This document shows, piece by piece, positions 13,816-27,502 of a stretch of DNA of 64,000 nucleotides. The notes beneath the pieces are model-generated. The model made no database searches. It saw only the letters and a program-made list of their open reading frames with translations, and had not been told where the DNA came from. The position numbers and the translations under genes were made by a program. This DNA comes from Octopus vulgaris (taxonomy: Eukaryota): NCBI GenBank assembly GCA_951406725.2, contig OX597815.1, positions 69,998,001-70,062,000 of the forward strand, read 5' to 3'. Each line of letters opens with the position of its first letter. Within the stretch, counting starts at the first letter, position 1.

Positions 13816-16800
13816 ATATATATATATTAGAGACAGAGAGTTAGGAAAATATTGATCTAAAACAGCTATCAGATGACGACGGAAGACAACTTGAAGTTAA
13901 ATATGGTTAACCTATGATGATCAGCCACTTTGAGGGAAAAACAAAAATGATATGGAGTTCCAACAAGTTCAAAATTCTAGAAAACAAGGAAAGATTGAGC
14001 ATACTGTAAATTGCCAAGTCTAGGAGATGAGACACTGGAAGTAAAAGGAAAAGATGCAATGGAACAACTGAGGTTTAAGGAGTTATATACAGCCAGATTA
14101 AGATTTTGGAGTGGCTCTATTTCCATGGAACAAGTGAATGTATAACAGTTAATACTGTCATATTAACAGCATGGATGTGGATTTTTATCAATGTTTAATC
14201 CTTTCATCTGAAATATTGATGCTACTGCTTATCTCTAGTTTAAATATTAAATTCATCTCCTCTTGGATAAAGCATCAAGCTTATGAGATGAGATGATTGG
14301 GTGCAGCTGCTTGGATACTGACAATTTAGCACAGTTGACTGGACATTCGGCCTGCTTTAACAACAGTACTTTTTGGCACTGGAAGCAAATACACACGTAT
14401 GTATGCACATGCAGAAATATATACATACAGATAAACAGAGAGGGACAGAGAGAGAGCAACAGAGAAACATTAAACTGTCTCATGTCATTTAAGTCAGTAT
14501 TGAATCAGCAATGCCAAAACACTCTGCAATTAATATTCCCAGATGATTTGGTACTTGTTTCTGATGGACATGCAAACTATGACAATGTAGAATAAAGTGC
14601 TTTGCACATAAATTACAATAAAATACCTGCAGTGAATTTAAACTCACTTTTACCTGTAGTTGCATGTCATGTGGCTCAGATTAACATATGATGGTCACTC
14701 CCATCAGTTTCGATGTATAAGTGTTTGAAGGACAGGTCTTAAAGAAAGGAAAAAAAAACACTAAGAAGCTGCATCTATTTGCAATGGATGCATGAATGTA
14801 ATTTTAGCCTGGGTATGGACTTTGCTGTGAAGTTGCAATGATGATTTTCATTTTGCCTGGGATTGGGCAAGTGTGTCTATTGGTGGTAGGATGTAGTTCT
14901 AACACCATACAGATCAATCTAAGTAATGACTTTCCCAAGATGTCAGATTAAGCTAACATACTGAATAATTACCTAATTTCAATGTGTTGAACCACCTCAA
15001 AGTCACCTTTATTTGTCTAACTGAGCAGTCAGACAAATAAAGGTTGACAAATTAAGCACTAGAGTGAAGTAAGTACTAATCAACTAAAAGCTTTTGAAGG
15101 TGGTGCCCCAGTAGGACCTCACTCCAATGACACAAACCAACAAAAGAATAGGTCTAGAATTTATGAAAACTAATGGAGTTTATTCTCAGTTCAAAATTAT
15201 AGGTATTACATTTTTTTATCTCATAGCACATTGTTTTTTACTTATTTTTAAAATCTCTTATCCCAGTTATTACCATCCATTTTTCCATATTCACATGGGT
15301 CTAGACACAGTTTGTTACAGCAAACTTTTATATGGCTGCATGCCATGTCACTAACCTACACCTCATTCCAAGCAAGGCAATATTTTCCCATGACAAGATA
15401 ATTTTTATCACAGAAGATTAGAAATGGACACCATTTGCATGACAGTGAGATTTGTTTACAACAACCATGTAAAACCAAGACAATACACACACACACACAT
15501 TAAGGACTTGTAGGCACAGGGTATTTCATTATCCAACCATAATATGCTATAAAGTATATTAAACGCTTTTATAAGGCAATAATGTGTACTACTGTGTTAG
15601 CAATGCACTTAAACCATGTGTTAAGGTCATCTCTACAGATTTTCTATAGAAATTATAGCCAGCACTGATTTTGTCAGCACTTGGATATGAAAGAAACATT
15701 GTAACAAAATCAGTGCTGGCTATAATTTCAATAGAAAACCTGTAGAGATGACCCACATACACATATATGAGACAGAGATAACAGGCTTCTTTCAAGGGCA
15801 AGATGGATAATGAATGTAATCAAAAGTAAAAACTGAAATGAAAACTGAACTCTAACCCAGGATATCAATTAGAGTCTTAGACCAATATTCTATCAATGAA
15901 TCAATACATGTCTAACCATTCTGTTACCATGTCTGCTGAAATACATTACTTTTGTTACTATTAATTTTGAAATTTATGAAGAATTAAGTAAAATAACTTA
16001 GTCATTACTAAGCTACTGTTTGGAACAAAAATTAATATAAAATTTTGATAGAATGTTTTAATTTAGATCACCTTAAACCTTTTATTAACATATTTCTGCT
16101 AAAGCATAAGGTTTTGTTTCAAATAAGCTGGTGTTTGGCAAATAAATTAACATGAAAGTTTGATGGAAGGTGTAAATTTACATCACTTTAAAAAAAGTTT
16201 GTATTACGCAACCAGGTTGTTCACAGGTGATTTAGTATCAACAGAGTCAAGTCTATTATTCCAAGTCTTAGTTGCAGTTATCCAATCTGTGTTGATCACC
16301 TTATTTTGCAAAGTAGACAGGACTCAAAACAAAGTTTTACTACACGTGACTGTAGGGATCAAAATTGATCATCATCATGATGGTTTAACATCCATACTTT
16401 TTCCATACCTGCACAGATCAGACAGAATTTGTTGAGGTAGATTTTATACAGCCAGTTACCTTTCCTGTTGCCAACCCTTATCTGTTTCCAAGCAAGATAA
16501 TATTTCCTTATGGCCAGATGAGTTTTTTTGTTTTTTTTTCTGTAGAAGACTAGAAATAAACATCAGTTGCATACTCATTTAAAACCACACCACATCAAGA
16601 CAAGAGTAGACACACACATACATACTGACTTCTTTCAGCTTCTGTCACAAGGCTTTGGCTGGCCCAGGGCTATAGTAGAAGTCAGTTGCCCAAAGTGTCA
16701 TACACTGGGACTGGACTCTAGACCAAATGGTTTGAGAAGCAAGCATGTTAACACAGCCACACCTGCATTTATAAAATACAAAAACATTTGGCTAAAGTAT

Positions 16801-17784
16801 TAACCCTAATCCTCTTAGACACATTCATACACTAAATAAAGTTAGTCCAACTAAGAATCATTCACAAAATTCTTAAGATATAATGTAAACAAAAGAAAAC
16901 AACCCACCCTGGGTATATAAAATCTCTTGTCTTTTACTCGTTTCAACATTGAACTGCAGCCATGCTGAAGCACTGCCTTGAAAAGTTTAGTTGACAAAAT
17001 CAACCCCAGTACTTATCATTTTTAAGTCTGATACTTATTCTATCAATCTTTTTTAGTGAACTGCTAAGTTATGGAGATGTAAGCAAACCAACACCAGTTG
17101 TCAAGCAAGTGGTGGGGAATGGACAAACACACACACATGTGCACAAAATGAGCTTTCTCAGTTTCTGTCTACCAAATTCATCGCAGGCCCAAAGTGACAT
17201 GCAATGGGACTGAACCCAAGACCACATGATTGCAAAGCAACCCTGTTTTTGAAGAAAGGAAAGGGTGGAAGATGAAGTAAATAGAAGCAAAGACATATCA
17301 ACTGTCGCAGGTTAAATATGACAAGTTTTATAACTTAATCAACGAAGAGTTCCAAATAAACCCAGTATTTTTCCTGTTGGACATGTCAACAATATTATTC
17401 ACCATATCCACCCTCAACCCTACCCAAAGTTTACAGTCATTGCCCACCTCTCCTCCTTTCAACCATTCATTTCTCAATCTTTTCTTTTCTACTCTAGGCA
17501 CAAGGCCCGAAATTTTGGGGGAGGAGGCCAGTAGATTAGATCCCTTTCCAATTCCATCCAATCACTCCTACCCAATCTTCTAGAAATTGAGCAGTCTTAT
17601 AGCTTCTTTGCAATAGGAAACCTGTACGGCTCTGGCCTTTTGCCTCTCATACTTTAACCCTTCATTTCCTAGCATAAAGCCACCACCTCAGAGTTTCATG
17701 GTCTAGTAAACTGCATGATGACTTCACTAACGTTGGTGGCCTGAAAAAAGAACCAAGTATACACTGTAAAATGATTGGTGTTAA

Positions 17785-18358
17785 CCCTTCATGGGCAGGT
17801 GGGATTCCTTGAGGCCCCAGCAAATATTTTAAAGTTATGCAATTTTTACATTTTTTATTTAAATGATTTTATATGTATGCACATAAAATTTTTAAGTTAA
17901 AAATTTCCAGCCATATGGATGTTATGGCATAAAAATATGGTCATTGGACACCATTGGCCTTCTGTGAAATAATTTTTTCTTTCAGATATTCTGATTAACT
18001 ATAAGTCAATTTTCGTTGTATTTGTACTGGTATGAATCAATATACTAAATAATTTTTGTTTTATTTTATATTTAGTGCTATATGTATAGCTCATAAACCT
18101 ATAAAAGATGTTGATTTCTTTCAATAAAGGTTTTTTCAGTCAATAGATTATATTTTAATTCCCCTCCATTAAATTCTAATAATTACAAATATATACCTAT
18201 AAGGTGCCAAATTTGTTCTGTATCATGCACTCACACATATACAAGATTAAACAAATATTACTTTATGGATAGTACAGAAATGCACAAAAATAAAAGGGGG
18301 TCCCTCGAGGACCCCAATGGCCTTTTGTGTAATTCCAACCCCGCCGGCCCATGACAGG
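17785..18358. mobile_element. piggyBac-like non-autonomous element inserted in a SINE
   Basis: TTAA on both sides (17781-84, 18359-62); ends CCCTTCATGGGCAGGTGGG and CCCCGCCGGCCCATGACAGG; the flanks rejoin an RTE-tail SINE. Confidence 0.7.
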
Positions 18359-20180
18359 TTAATAACAGCCTCCAACTGTCAAAACAAAGCCAAAGCAGAG
18401 ACTGAGCACGATGCAGTCCTTGGGCCCATCCGATCGTATCAAACCATCCAACTCATGTCAGCATGGAACATAAGCATTAAATGATGATGATTTTTTTATC
18501 TTACAACAACTTTAATGAATTTGTTATTTCATACATAATTATGTTCAGTACCCATGCTGGCATGGCTTGGACAGGTCACTACAGCCAGAGTGAGCACATA
18601 TTCAGAAGTTACTGCACACACAGACAGTCAGAAGATTGCATTTCTGTGTGTTTCATACATTTGTAAGAATTACTGGAGTGGGTCTTTTACAGCAGGACAT
18701 CATCAAATACAGAATTAACAAATTCAAGCCCAGTATATTACTAGTATCCATTATGGCAATGCTGGGAGATGATAAACAAAGTGAGGCAATGAATTGTAAA
18801 GCATCTAACTAATTCAAACAGTTCTACTTTCCACAACACATTCAGGACCCAGTACTCTTCAATACAGAAATTATATGCAGAAGACAAGTGCATGGTCGAA
18901 CCAGTTTCAAGATAAAATACTAAATTAGAATAAAAACACTAGCCTTTTGAAAAGCTGCAATAGTGCCAGTGGAGTGGTCTTATATTTGTTTTTTCTTTTG
19001 ACAAAAGCAAAACATTAAAAAAAAAATACGATTAGAAATCATAATGGAGAGAAACATTTATAGACAACAGTTGGCAAGTAGAGTAGAGGGAAGAATTAAA
19101 TTTACTTCATTCCATGCCAACATCAACACAAGTGGCCTGTCAAAAAAAAAAAGAGAGACCATCTGGTAAAAAAAGGCCAACATATTTGGGATATTGGCCA
19201 ACATAGCCAAGCAAAAGCTGTATGATGATTAATAATATAGTTGAGTAGTCTTGGTTAGCTCCACTCAAATATATGTCAATTTAATATAATACAGTTTGAG
19301 TGAAGGCATGTGGCCTAATGGTTAAGGTGTTGCACTTGCAATCATAAGATTGTGGTTTCCCTTCCCAGACAAAGCAGTGCATAGTGTTTTTTAACAAAAC
19401 ACTTCATTTCATGCTACTCCAGTCTAAATGAATTCCAGCAATAGCTGGAAAGTTAATCCTGTGACAGACTGACATCTCATTCCGGAGTGTTGTAGTCTCA
19501 GATCACTTATAAACCAGGGAAACTGGCCTTATTAGTCTTAGGGTATATGACAAAGTTAAGTAAGTCTAAGTCATTAATGGAACCAATTTACTCACCACTC
19601 AAAACTATCTGATACCACTTTGTGCTTACAGATTATGTGTGATGATCTCTCTCTTCAAGTAGATTCATTCATACAAACTCAAATAAGTGATAACAAGTAC
19701 CTGTTAGGTATTTTTGCCAAAATGTCCAAATGGATGAACTAAAAAAAAGCTGATGTGACACTGATAGCAGCTTATTATCATACAGTTTTATGTACAGGGT
19801 AATCAAGTTTATTTATTTAGTCATTCCTAACAATTTTCTCATAAATTTCAATATTTGCTATTTTTGAACATTTTATATTTTTTCTTTCAATTTTGCTCTA
19901 TTGCCCCTAAATGTTCTTTATAATTTCCTATGCATGTACAAGGCTTTCATCAACATCATTTTAATGTCCACTTTTCTATACTGCCATGTGCAGGACAGAA
20001 TTCATCGAAGAAGATTTTCTACAACCAAATGCTCTTGTCCTTCACCCTCACCAGTATCCAAGCAAGATAACATTTTCTTATGGCCAGACAAGATTTCATT
20101 GAAAATGATGCTCACCACTTGTAATGACAATGACACGTGTTTGCAACTTTCATGCTAAGAAAATAAGCCACATACATACA

Positions 20181-20199
<19 letters not shown>

Positions 20200-20219
<20 letters not shown>

Positions 20220-21234
20220 GGCAATTTCTGTCTGTCTGATACTATCTTGCTGCCTACACCAATGAACCATTCTTCTAGAAACTTTGCATACATGTTAAAC
20301 TAACACCCAGTTGAATTATAAGGCTAGTTGGATTTCAATAAAAATTTATAATGGGCCCCATAGATGGGGGCTGCACCACATGTTTACAAATCAATAACAC
20401 ATCAACTGATATGAATTAAGTAAGACTTCTGTAAGGCTCAAGCATATAAAAAAGCGTGTGACCTTTGTGAGAACAACTCAAGTTTCCAACGGAAAACAAT
20501 TCTGCATGCAGCACCTGTATGTCACATTAAGGACACGGTCAGCTGCAAGATTCATGGATAGAACATGGAACAATGTAATGACCAATGACCTGGAAGTTGG
20601 CTCACCATGAGATTATTTGATGAATTGAATCCAAATCACCATAACATCTTAATCATTTTTATCAAGCAACACGAGATATAGCCATACTATGGTAAGCTAC
20701 AGCACGCTACAATATGTGGATTTTCTTACAAGAAGTTTTCTGTAAAAGGTACATCCCATATCACCTGCCCCAAGTCATCCACTCCATGTCAACCATCCCA
20801 TATCATCCACTTCAAATCAATCATCCCATGTCCTACAACTCCCAAGTTTCCCATCCAATATTACCCACATAAGTATGACTGAAATGAACAAATGTTTAAG
20901 CAGTAAAGAATTTCAGTAATCTTGGTTTTTATTATCCTATTGTATAGCCTACAAGTTTTGTTTCAAATTATCCCAAATTACCCACATAAGCATGACCAAA
21001 ATAAACAAATTTTTAAACTTATATGTTTAAGTGATTACTTACAAGTAAAATTATTTATTTTTTTTATTTCATCAGGAGACAGCAACAGAGAGAGAAGCTT
21101 GCCTAACTGCAGATAAAGCAGCCCATGAAAGAGTAAGGCAAGCAGAAACAGCAAGAGAGACAGAAGCTCACCTTAATGCAGATAGAGAGTCACACCGATG
21201 CACAAGAGAAGCTGAAGACGCAACACCTAACTGA
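20200..21234 (+). mobile_element. Probable Helitron 5' fragment with STPR-repeat coding remnant
   Basis: Begins (TA)nAATGGCAATTTCTGTCTGTCTG; 21076-21234 encodes two 23-aa ET-initiated repeats. Confidence 0.4.
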
Positions 21235-21270
21235 TTCTAAAATTTACATATTGACATAAATCGAATCAAG

Positions 21271-21822
21271 TCAAACCAAATCAAAATAGATGAACATCAA
21301 TGGAATTTGTATCCTTGTGGCACATAAGAAAACCATCCGAACGGGACCGTAGCCAGTACCGCATCGACTGGCCTCCGTGCTGTGGGCACGTAACAAACAC
21401 CATCCGAGCGTGGCCGTCTGCCAGCCTCGTCTGGCACCTGTGTCGGTAGCACATAAAAACACCATCCGAGCGTGGCCGTCTGCCAGCCTCGTCTGGCACC
21501 TGTGTCGGTGGCACATAAAAACACCATCCGAGCATGGCCGTCTGCCAGCCTCGTCTGGCACCTGTGTCGGTGGCACATAAAAACACCATCCGAGCGTGGC
21601 CGTTCGCCAGCCTCGTCTGGCACCTGTGTCGGTGGCACATAAAATAACCCACTACACTCTCGGAGTGGTTGGCGTTAGGAAGGGCATCCAGCCGTAGAAA
21701 CACTGCCAGATCTGACTGGCCTGGTGCAGCCTTCGGGCTCCCCAGACCCCAGTTGAACCGTCCAACCCATGCTAGCATGGAAAGCGGACGTTAAACGATG
21801 ATGATGATGATGATGATGATGA
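21271..21822 (+). mobile_element. Young SINE-like element with RTE-type 3' tail and internal minisatellite
   Basis: Ends CCCATGCTAGCATGGAAAGCGGACGTTAAAC(GAT)n; CpGs intact. Decayed copies at ~920-1125(-), 3362-3580(-), 10430-10720(+), 33295-33478(+), 34280-34575(+). Confidence 0.75.
21399..21646 (+). repeat. 62-bp tandem repeat x4
   Basis: Units start at 21399, 21461, 21523 and 21585 (ACCATCCGAGCGTGGCCG...GGCACATAAAAAC). Confidence 0.95.
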
Positions 21823-21937
21823 CATAGGATTAGGGAGAGGAACTAAAATGGGAACTGGAAATAATCTCTACTTCTCCAGGTATTACAGGGTAATTCAGCT
21901 AGTGTGTGTGTGTATGTGTATATATATATATATATAT

Positions 21938-22306
21938 AATGGGAAGCTTTATGAAAATAGACAAAAGACGAAGGCAGGTGGAAAACAAACGAACAATTGT
22001 ATTAGTATGGCACTCAGGAAATATAAATAAAACAAGTCTTTAACGTTTCGAGCCTACGCTCTTCAACAGAAAGATACACAGAGAGAAAAAAACACAGAAA
22101 GAAGGAGAGAAAAAAATGCGTGCAGTAGCTAACGAATCAACATGGCGATCTGATTTCGGCCAGAGGTCAAAGATCAAACATGAGACGCGAGAGCGAAATA
22201 AGGGGAGATAATAGGGTTGATAATAGGGTTGAAGGACCAGCTAATAGTGCGTAGGAGGGGTCTGGACGTGTGTATGTATAGGGTTGGTGTATGTATTAGT
22301 ATGTAT

Positions 22307-22343
<37 letters not shown>

Positions 22344-22397
22344 AGAGAGTATTAGTGCGTAGGATTGGTCTGGACGTGCGTATGTATGGGGTTGGTG

Positions 22398-22436
<39 letters not shown>

Positions 22437-22620
22437 CAAATTTACAGAAAACAAAAGCCAAAGATGGGTGAAGGAACAACAAGCAGGTTTATTAGTTTAA
22501 CACTTATGAAAAATGGAAAAGTCTTTGATGTTTTGAGCCTACGCTCTTCAACAGAAAAGATTGAGGAAAAAAGCAGAGAGAGAACAAAAAATGTGTAGGG
22601 ATTAACAGTTCAACATGATG
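21938..22620 (-). mobile_element. Two adjacent PLE-like terminal-repeat units (21938-22260 and 22432-22620), each abutting (TA)n
   Basis: Both share GAAGG..GGTG, TATTAGT, the hammerhead segment and CATG(G/A); a third copy lies at 55647-55868. Confidence 0.55.
22037..22074 (-). ncRNA. Minimal type-I hammerhead-like motif (core variant CUGUUGA)
   Basis: TCTTT-CTGTTGA-A-GAGC GTAG GCTC-GAA-ACGT-T-AAAGA: 5-bp stem I, 4-bp stem II, palindromic ACGT stem III. Confidence 0.6.
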
Positions 22621-23424
22621 AAATCGCTGAACAAAAAACAGGCTTCTTTCAGTTTCTGTCAATTAAATCCACCCACAAGACACTTGTCTATGACGTTATG
22701 CAGTGGGACTGAACCTGAAACCATGAAATTGGGAAGCAAACTTTTTAATCACACAACCATGCTTACAACTTTCAATTAAAAAAAACAATCTAATTGGAAC
22801 ATCTAGTCTTCATACATTTTCCAATGACATTAGTAATGTAAGCAAAGAAAATGGTCAAACTCAGAACCAAATTTTGGACTTGGCTCAAAGTACAGGGGTG
22901 GCTATATGGTTAAGAAACCACATGGTTACAGGTTCAGTCCCACTGTGTGACACTTTGAGCAAGTGTCTTCCATTGAAACTTTCTGAGTGGATTTAGTAAT
23001 CAAAAACTGATGAAACACCTGATGAATAGTATATGTATACACCTATATATGACTAATTTCAGTTAAATTGCTGTAGTTTATAACATTACTTTGATTCACT
23101 CAACATTGCATCATTAAAAGTTATTCATAATTAGATCACTAGTAAATTAAACAGAGCATCACAACATTTCAAAGATGGTTCAAGAACATCTAAATACTAC
23201 TTTTAGCTCATCAAGTTCTGTGTTCTCACACACACACATATGATGACAGATTTTCTTTTCATGAACGACAAGTGAGGGTTCAGTAAAATGAAGCATTAAT
23301 CATGTTCTATGGACACAAAGGTGTCTCTTGACACCTGCTGATGCCTAGTAAACCTTTTGGCAAATGAAACAAGTTGAGGATTCAGTTTGTTTTAGTGCTT
23401 GTGGATTATTTACTATGTATTTTA

Positions 23425-23712
23425 TTAAGTGGGTGGCAGGCCTGCTTTACTTCATGCCACAAAACCACAATGACAGGGAAGGTTTCCATTTAGAGGAGCA
23501 GTGTTTTGCCTGTGTGCCTTCATGATTGCACAAAATTGGTCCTGATGTTGGAGTCAACTTTACTCTAATCTTTGAACTGAGAAGCAGGTCTGACACCAGG
23601 TTCTGTGTTCTGATGCTCTCTTTTTCCAGGGAACGTTGTATTGCTTCAGATTGTCTGTGGCAACATGTCCTGTAACTGCCTTCATCCATCAAAATCACAA
23701 TGGCTGAGTACA
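23425..23712 (-). mobile_element. RTE-clade LINE C-terminal fragment
   Basis: DNLKQYNVPWKKRASEHRTW...CHCGFVA*SKAGL, then ATH after a frameshift; similar to the RTE ORF end with its zinc-finger-like motif. Confidence 0.5.
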
Positions 23713-26440
23713 CAATAGAGCATGAATGTTATATTTCTGTTTTTAGCAATAAATCCAGATTATTTGACCCAATTACAGCTAAATATAGTCTTTTGTTTCA
23801 GTATTTCTTTGAAGGTTTTAAAATGAGAACAAAACAAAATAAGTATCAGCCACTCCCCTCTGTGGTCCTGGGCAGATTTTTTTTTTCCATGTATGTCAAC
23901 ATGACTTCCACACTGCAAGATAACAGTGAGTTGCTAGCAAAAAAAAAAAAACAATACATGCCATCATGCTTTAAATTGTTACAAACTGTATCTGCCTTAT
24001 TTTGATTGACAAATCATTAACCCTTTAGCATTCAGATTATTGTCAAATGTACTGTCTGTTTATTTACATTCTTTTGAATTAATCATGCATTATCTTGTAG
24101 CCTTAAGATTTCAATGATGTGATTGTTTGCTTTTAGTATGACATTGTAGGGTAGGTATAAGAGACTGGATTTGGCCAGTTTGAGCATTAAACAAAGAATA
24201 TTTTAGCCAGATATGGCCAGTTTAAATTCTAGTATCAAATAAAATGCATTGTGCTATTTAGTTATAGAACCTTTACATTCTGAGTTCAAATCCCACCATG
24301 GTCAACTTTGCATTTCATCTTTCCAAAGCCAATAAAATAAAGTACCAGGCATATATTGGGATCAATATAATCTACTGTAACTCTCCCATAAAATCTATGG
24401 CCTTGTGCCTATGTTAGACATAATTACTTGGCAAAGTCATTAAAATACATGCAAAATGCCTTGCGGTATTTAGTTAGACCTTTATATGTTCAGGGCTTAA
24501 ATTTCCCTAAAGTCAACTTTGCTTTTCATCCTTCCAGGGTCAATAAAATATCAAATTTTTGGCTTGATAATAAAAGATTTGACCCCTTCCCAATTTAGAG
24601 TCTTGTACCTATGTGTGGGAGGGACCAATTGCTATAAATCATAATAGTTGCCAAACTATACAACTCAATTACTTCAAGTCAACAATGTAGACCCCACGTA
24701 GTTGTCCAGTCTGCTAGAAATACCAGCCAAATCTCTTTCAAGTAATCTGAAAAAGTCCTACACACCCCCAAACAGATGAAATGTTCATAGTGAGAATGTT
24801 TTTGATCATAGGTCCCTGAGGACTAATGAAAAACACATTATCATGTTATTGCAATTAATACTTGCTTACGTTTGAAAGTTTCAAAGTTTTGAGGAGTGTG
24901 GAACTGCTTCTTAGTCACTATTGTTCCCAGATCTGATCCAGAATAGTTGTACCTATCAGGGTCCTAGCTATAGGTCAATTAGCATGCTGCAGAATTGCCT
25001 CTGGAAGGTCATTCACAGACACCCTAACAGGCCCAGAGCAAATGGAGCCCTTCAGCTCCTTAACTATTCATCTATGAGAAAGTAACTCCATACAAATCAG
25101 TAAATTAACCCGTGGGATAATCCACTGCCATTTAAAAGAGCCTAAGGGAATAACTCCTTGTAAAAAAAAAACAGAAGGAAAGACCTCAAGTCAGATATAT
25201 ACAGTTATACCTAACCAATACCTAGCATTTCCTGTGACTTCCATGGATACTGCAAATGCATTGACTTGTAGTGTATCCATGAGTGGAAAGGCAGTAAATG
25301 TACATAAGGTTAAGCACTTGCTTCTGGAAACAGCCCAGGTACAGTAGAGTTGGTGAAATTACTGTTTCTACAATACCTCTGACAACATTGAAAAAGGTCA
25401 ACCATGTTTGTTAAGCTTTCTTCCCTCAGAATTGTAGGGATGGCCTGTAAGACAGTTCATACAATTACTTAAAAATAGTCATACAGTCACATGTATTTTA
25501 TTTTTACATAGATTTAATCTAATTTTTAGGTAATTTTAGGATTCCTATTTATCTTTTACTTTTATCTTTTGCATGTTTTAGTCATTGGAGTGTGGCCAGG
25601 CTGGAGCACCATCTTGACAGCAGTATTTATTTTCTAGTCTGATATTTATTCTATAGACCTTTTTTTATTTTTTTTTTTTTTGCCAAACTGACATAAAATA
25701 ACCAACACTGAATATCAATCAAACAGTGGTGGGAGACAGACACACATATGTGTGTGTGTATATACACACACAACAAGTTTCCATACATCTACCAAGTTCA
25801 CTCACAGAGCATCAGTCAGCCTGGTGCTATATCAAGACATTTGCTCAAGGTGCCATGCCATGAAACAGAACCTAAAACTACTTGGTTGCAAAGCAAGCTT
25901 CTTACCACACTTCCATTTCATAAATAATAACAAAAAACAATGGTCAAAAATATAAATGATGCATAGTTTTAGTTAAAAATCATTGTTTATCTGGATACTT
26001 GTATTCTTAGTCATGAACATATTCAAACAGTAAGTTAATTTTGTCATTAGCCTAAGGATTAAACAGATTTAGACAATGAGCCCCTAAAAATAGACATACA
26101 TAAGTGCCTGAAAAATAAAGAGATTTCCAGGCCAAAATAACAGTTTCTAAGCAACCAATCATATGTAACATTTATTATTATTCTCTGAGTAGTATAAAGG
26201 ATAGTTAAGAGCAGAACAATTTACAATAATTTTATCCCTTAGTTAGATGTGGCTGTATGGTGAAAAGCTTGCTTCTCAACCACATGGTACAGGTTCAGTC
26301 CCACTGAGCAGCACCTTGGACAAAAGTCTTCTACTATAGCCTTGGGCCAACCAAAATCTTGAGTGGATTTGGTAGAGGTAGACAGAAACTGAAAGACTGT
26401 TTTTTATATATATATAAATATATATATAGAGAGAGAGAGA

Positions 26441-27502
26441 CAGAGTGATACCTCATAGCACAAGTTTAATTTATCCCATTATCTTCTCAAATACAGGTGT
26501 CTGAGACGCAAATCCTTTGAAGTCTCTTTGGGATATGCAGTCAGGCCACAGTTTCCTCCATGCAGAATTCAGCATTCTCCTTATTACACCCTACCAGGCT
26601 ATATTGATGATTTTCAGGCAGTTTACAATGTTGTAGTGCTCCTTCCAAAACTAACAACAAGTTAGATTTGTATTTTCAGTGACTTCAAAGCACCAATGAA
26701 ACAGGTGTTTGGTGTACAATTTCTTAAAATTAGTAATCACCTGTTGGTCCATGGGCTGCAAGATAGGGTTGGTGTTGTGTGAAAGGTACAGAACTTTTAT
26801 GAATTTTAAATTTCATCTTCAAGGTTAGGAGGGTGAGGAGAAGCGTTGTCAAGGATGAGGAAGATCTTGAGGGTTCTGCTTCAGGAGATCCCCATACAGT
26901 ACTTGTGCTTCCTCGCAGATGATAGTCTCCATAACCATATCCCCTGCAAGTTGCTTCTCGTTGATCCACAGAAGCAATTTTTCCATCCTTTTGTGGACAT
27001 GTGTGCATTGCTTAGAGAGCCTGGAGACACCCTCTGTTATTGTAACAGCCTCGATTTTGTCCTTCTTCAGGATGGTGCAGATTGTCGACATGCATCGTTC
27101 ACAACACACACTCCTCTCTCACGTTTATCAATGATTTCCTTCTTCAATTCTATCGTAATCAGCTTTTACTTCTTCTCAGCACAGTCCTTTGCACTAACCA
27201 TCTTAGGACCCATGGCTAATACAACTAATCATTATAAAATGATAGCAAAAAATGCACAAAACTAAACAAAAACACTGGGAAAAATACAACAGGGATACTA
27301 CAACGAGATAAACATGTTAACTGAGCGGAGACTTCGCTTGTTGGGAGAGCGTGTGAGCTTAGCACCAACTAGCAGTCACTTGTATGAAACTTATTTGTAC
27401 TGCGGATTTCCACTCGTACTTCAAGACAAAAATTCACACGAGCCTCAACACATACAGCAAGTTATTTGTACAATGGTGTACTTGTACTGCAAGATTCTAC
27501 TG
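26441..27502 (-). mobile_element. Internally deleted Tigger/pogo transposon
   Basis: CENP-B-like HTH (ITIELKKEII..., STICTILK, MEKLLLWINEKQLAGD) and DDE fragment ILQPMDQQVITNFKKLY...NSAWRKLWP; CAGTAG terminus next to TA. Confidence 0.85.

Noticed and set aside
21309-21316. U12 donor-like GTATCCTT on plus strand
   Set aside because: Inside a SINE, antisense to MAU2, with no matching exon or acceptor.
25375-25445. Cryptic exon on minus strand (TCTTACAG|GCC...GAG|GTATTG)
   Set aside because: U2-type sites inside a U12 intron, no MAU2 similarity, and exons 2 and 3 already join without a gap.
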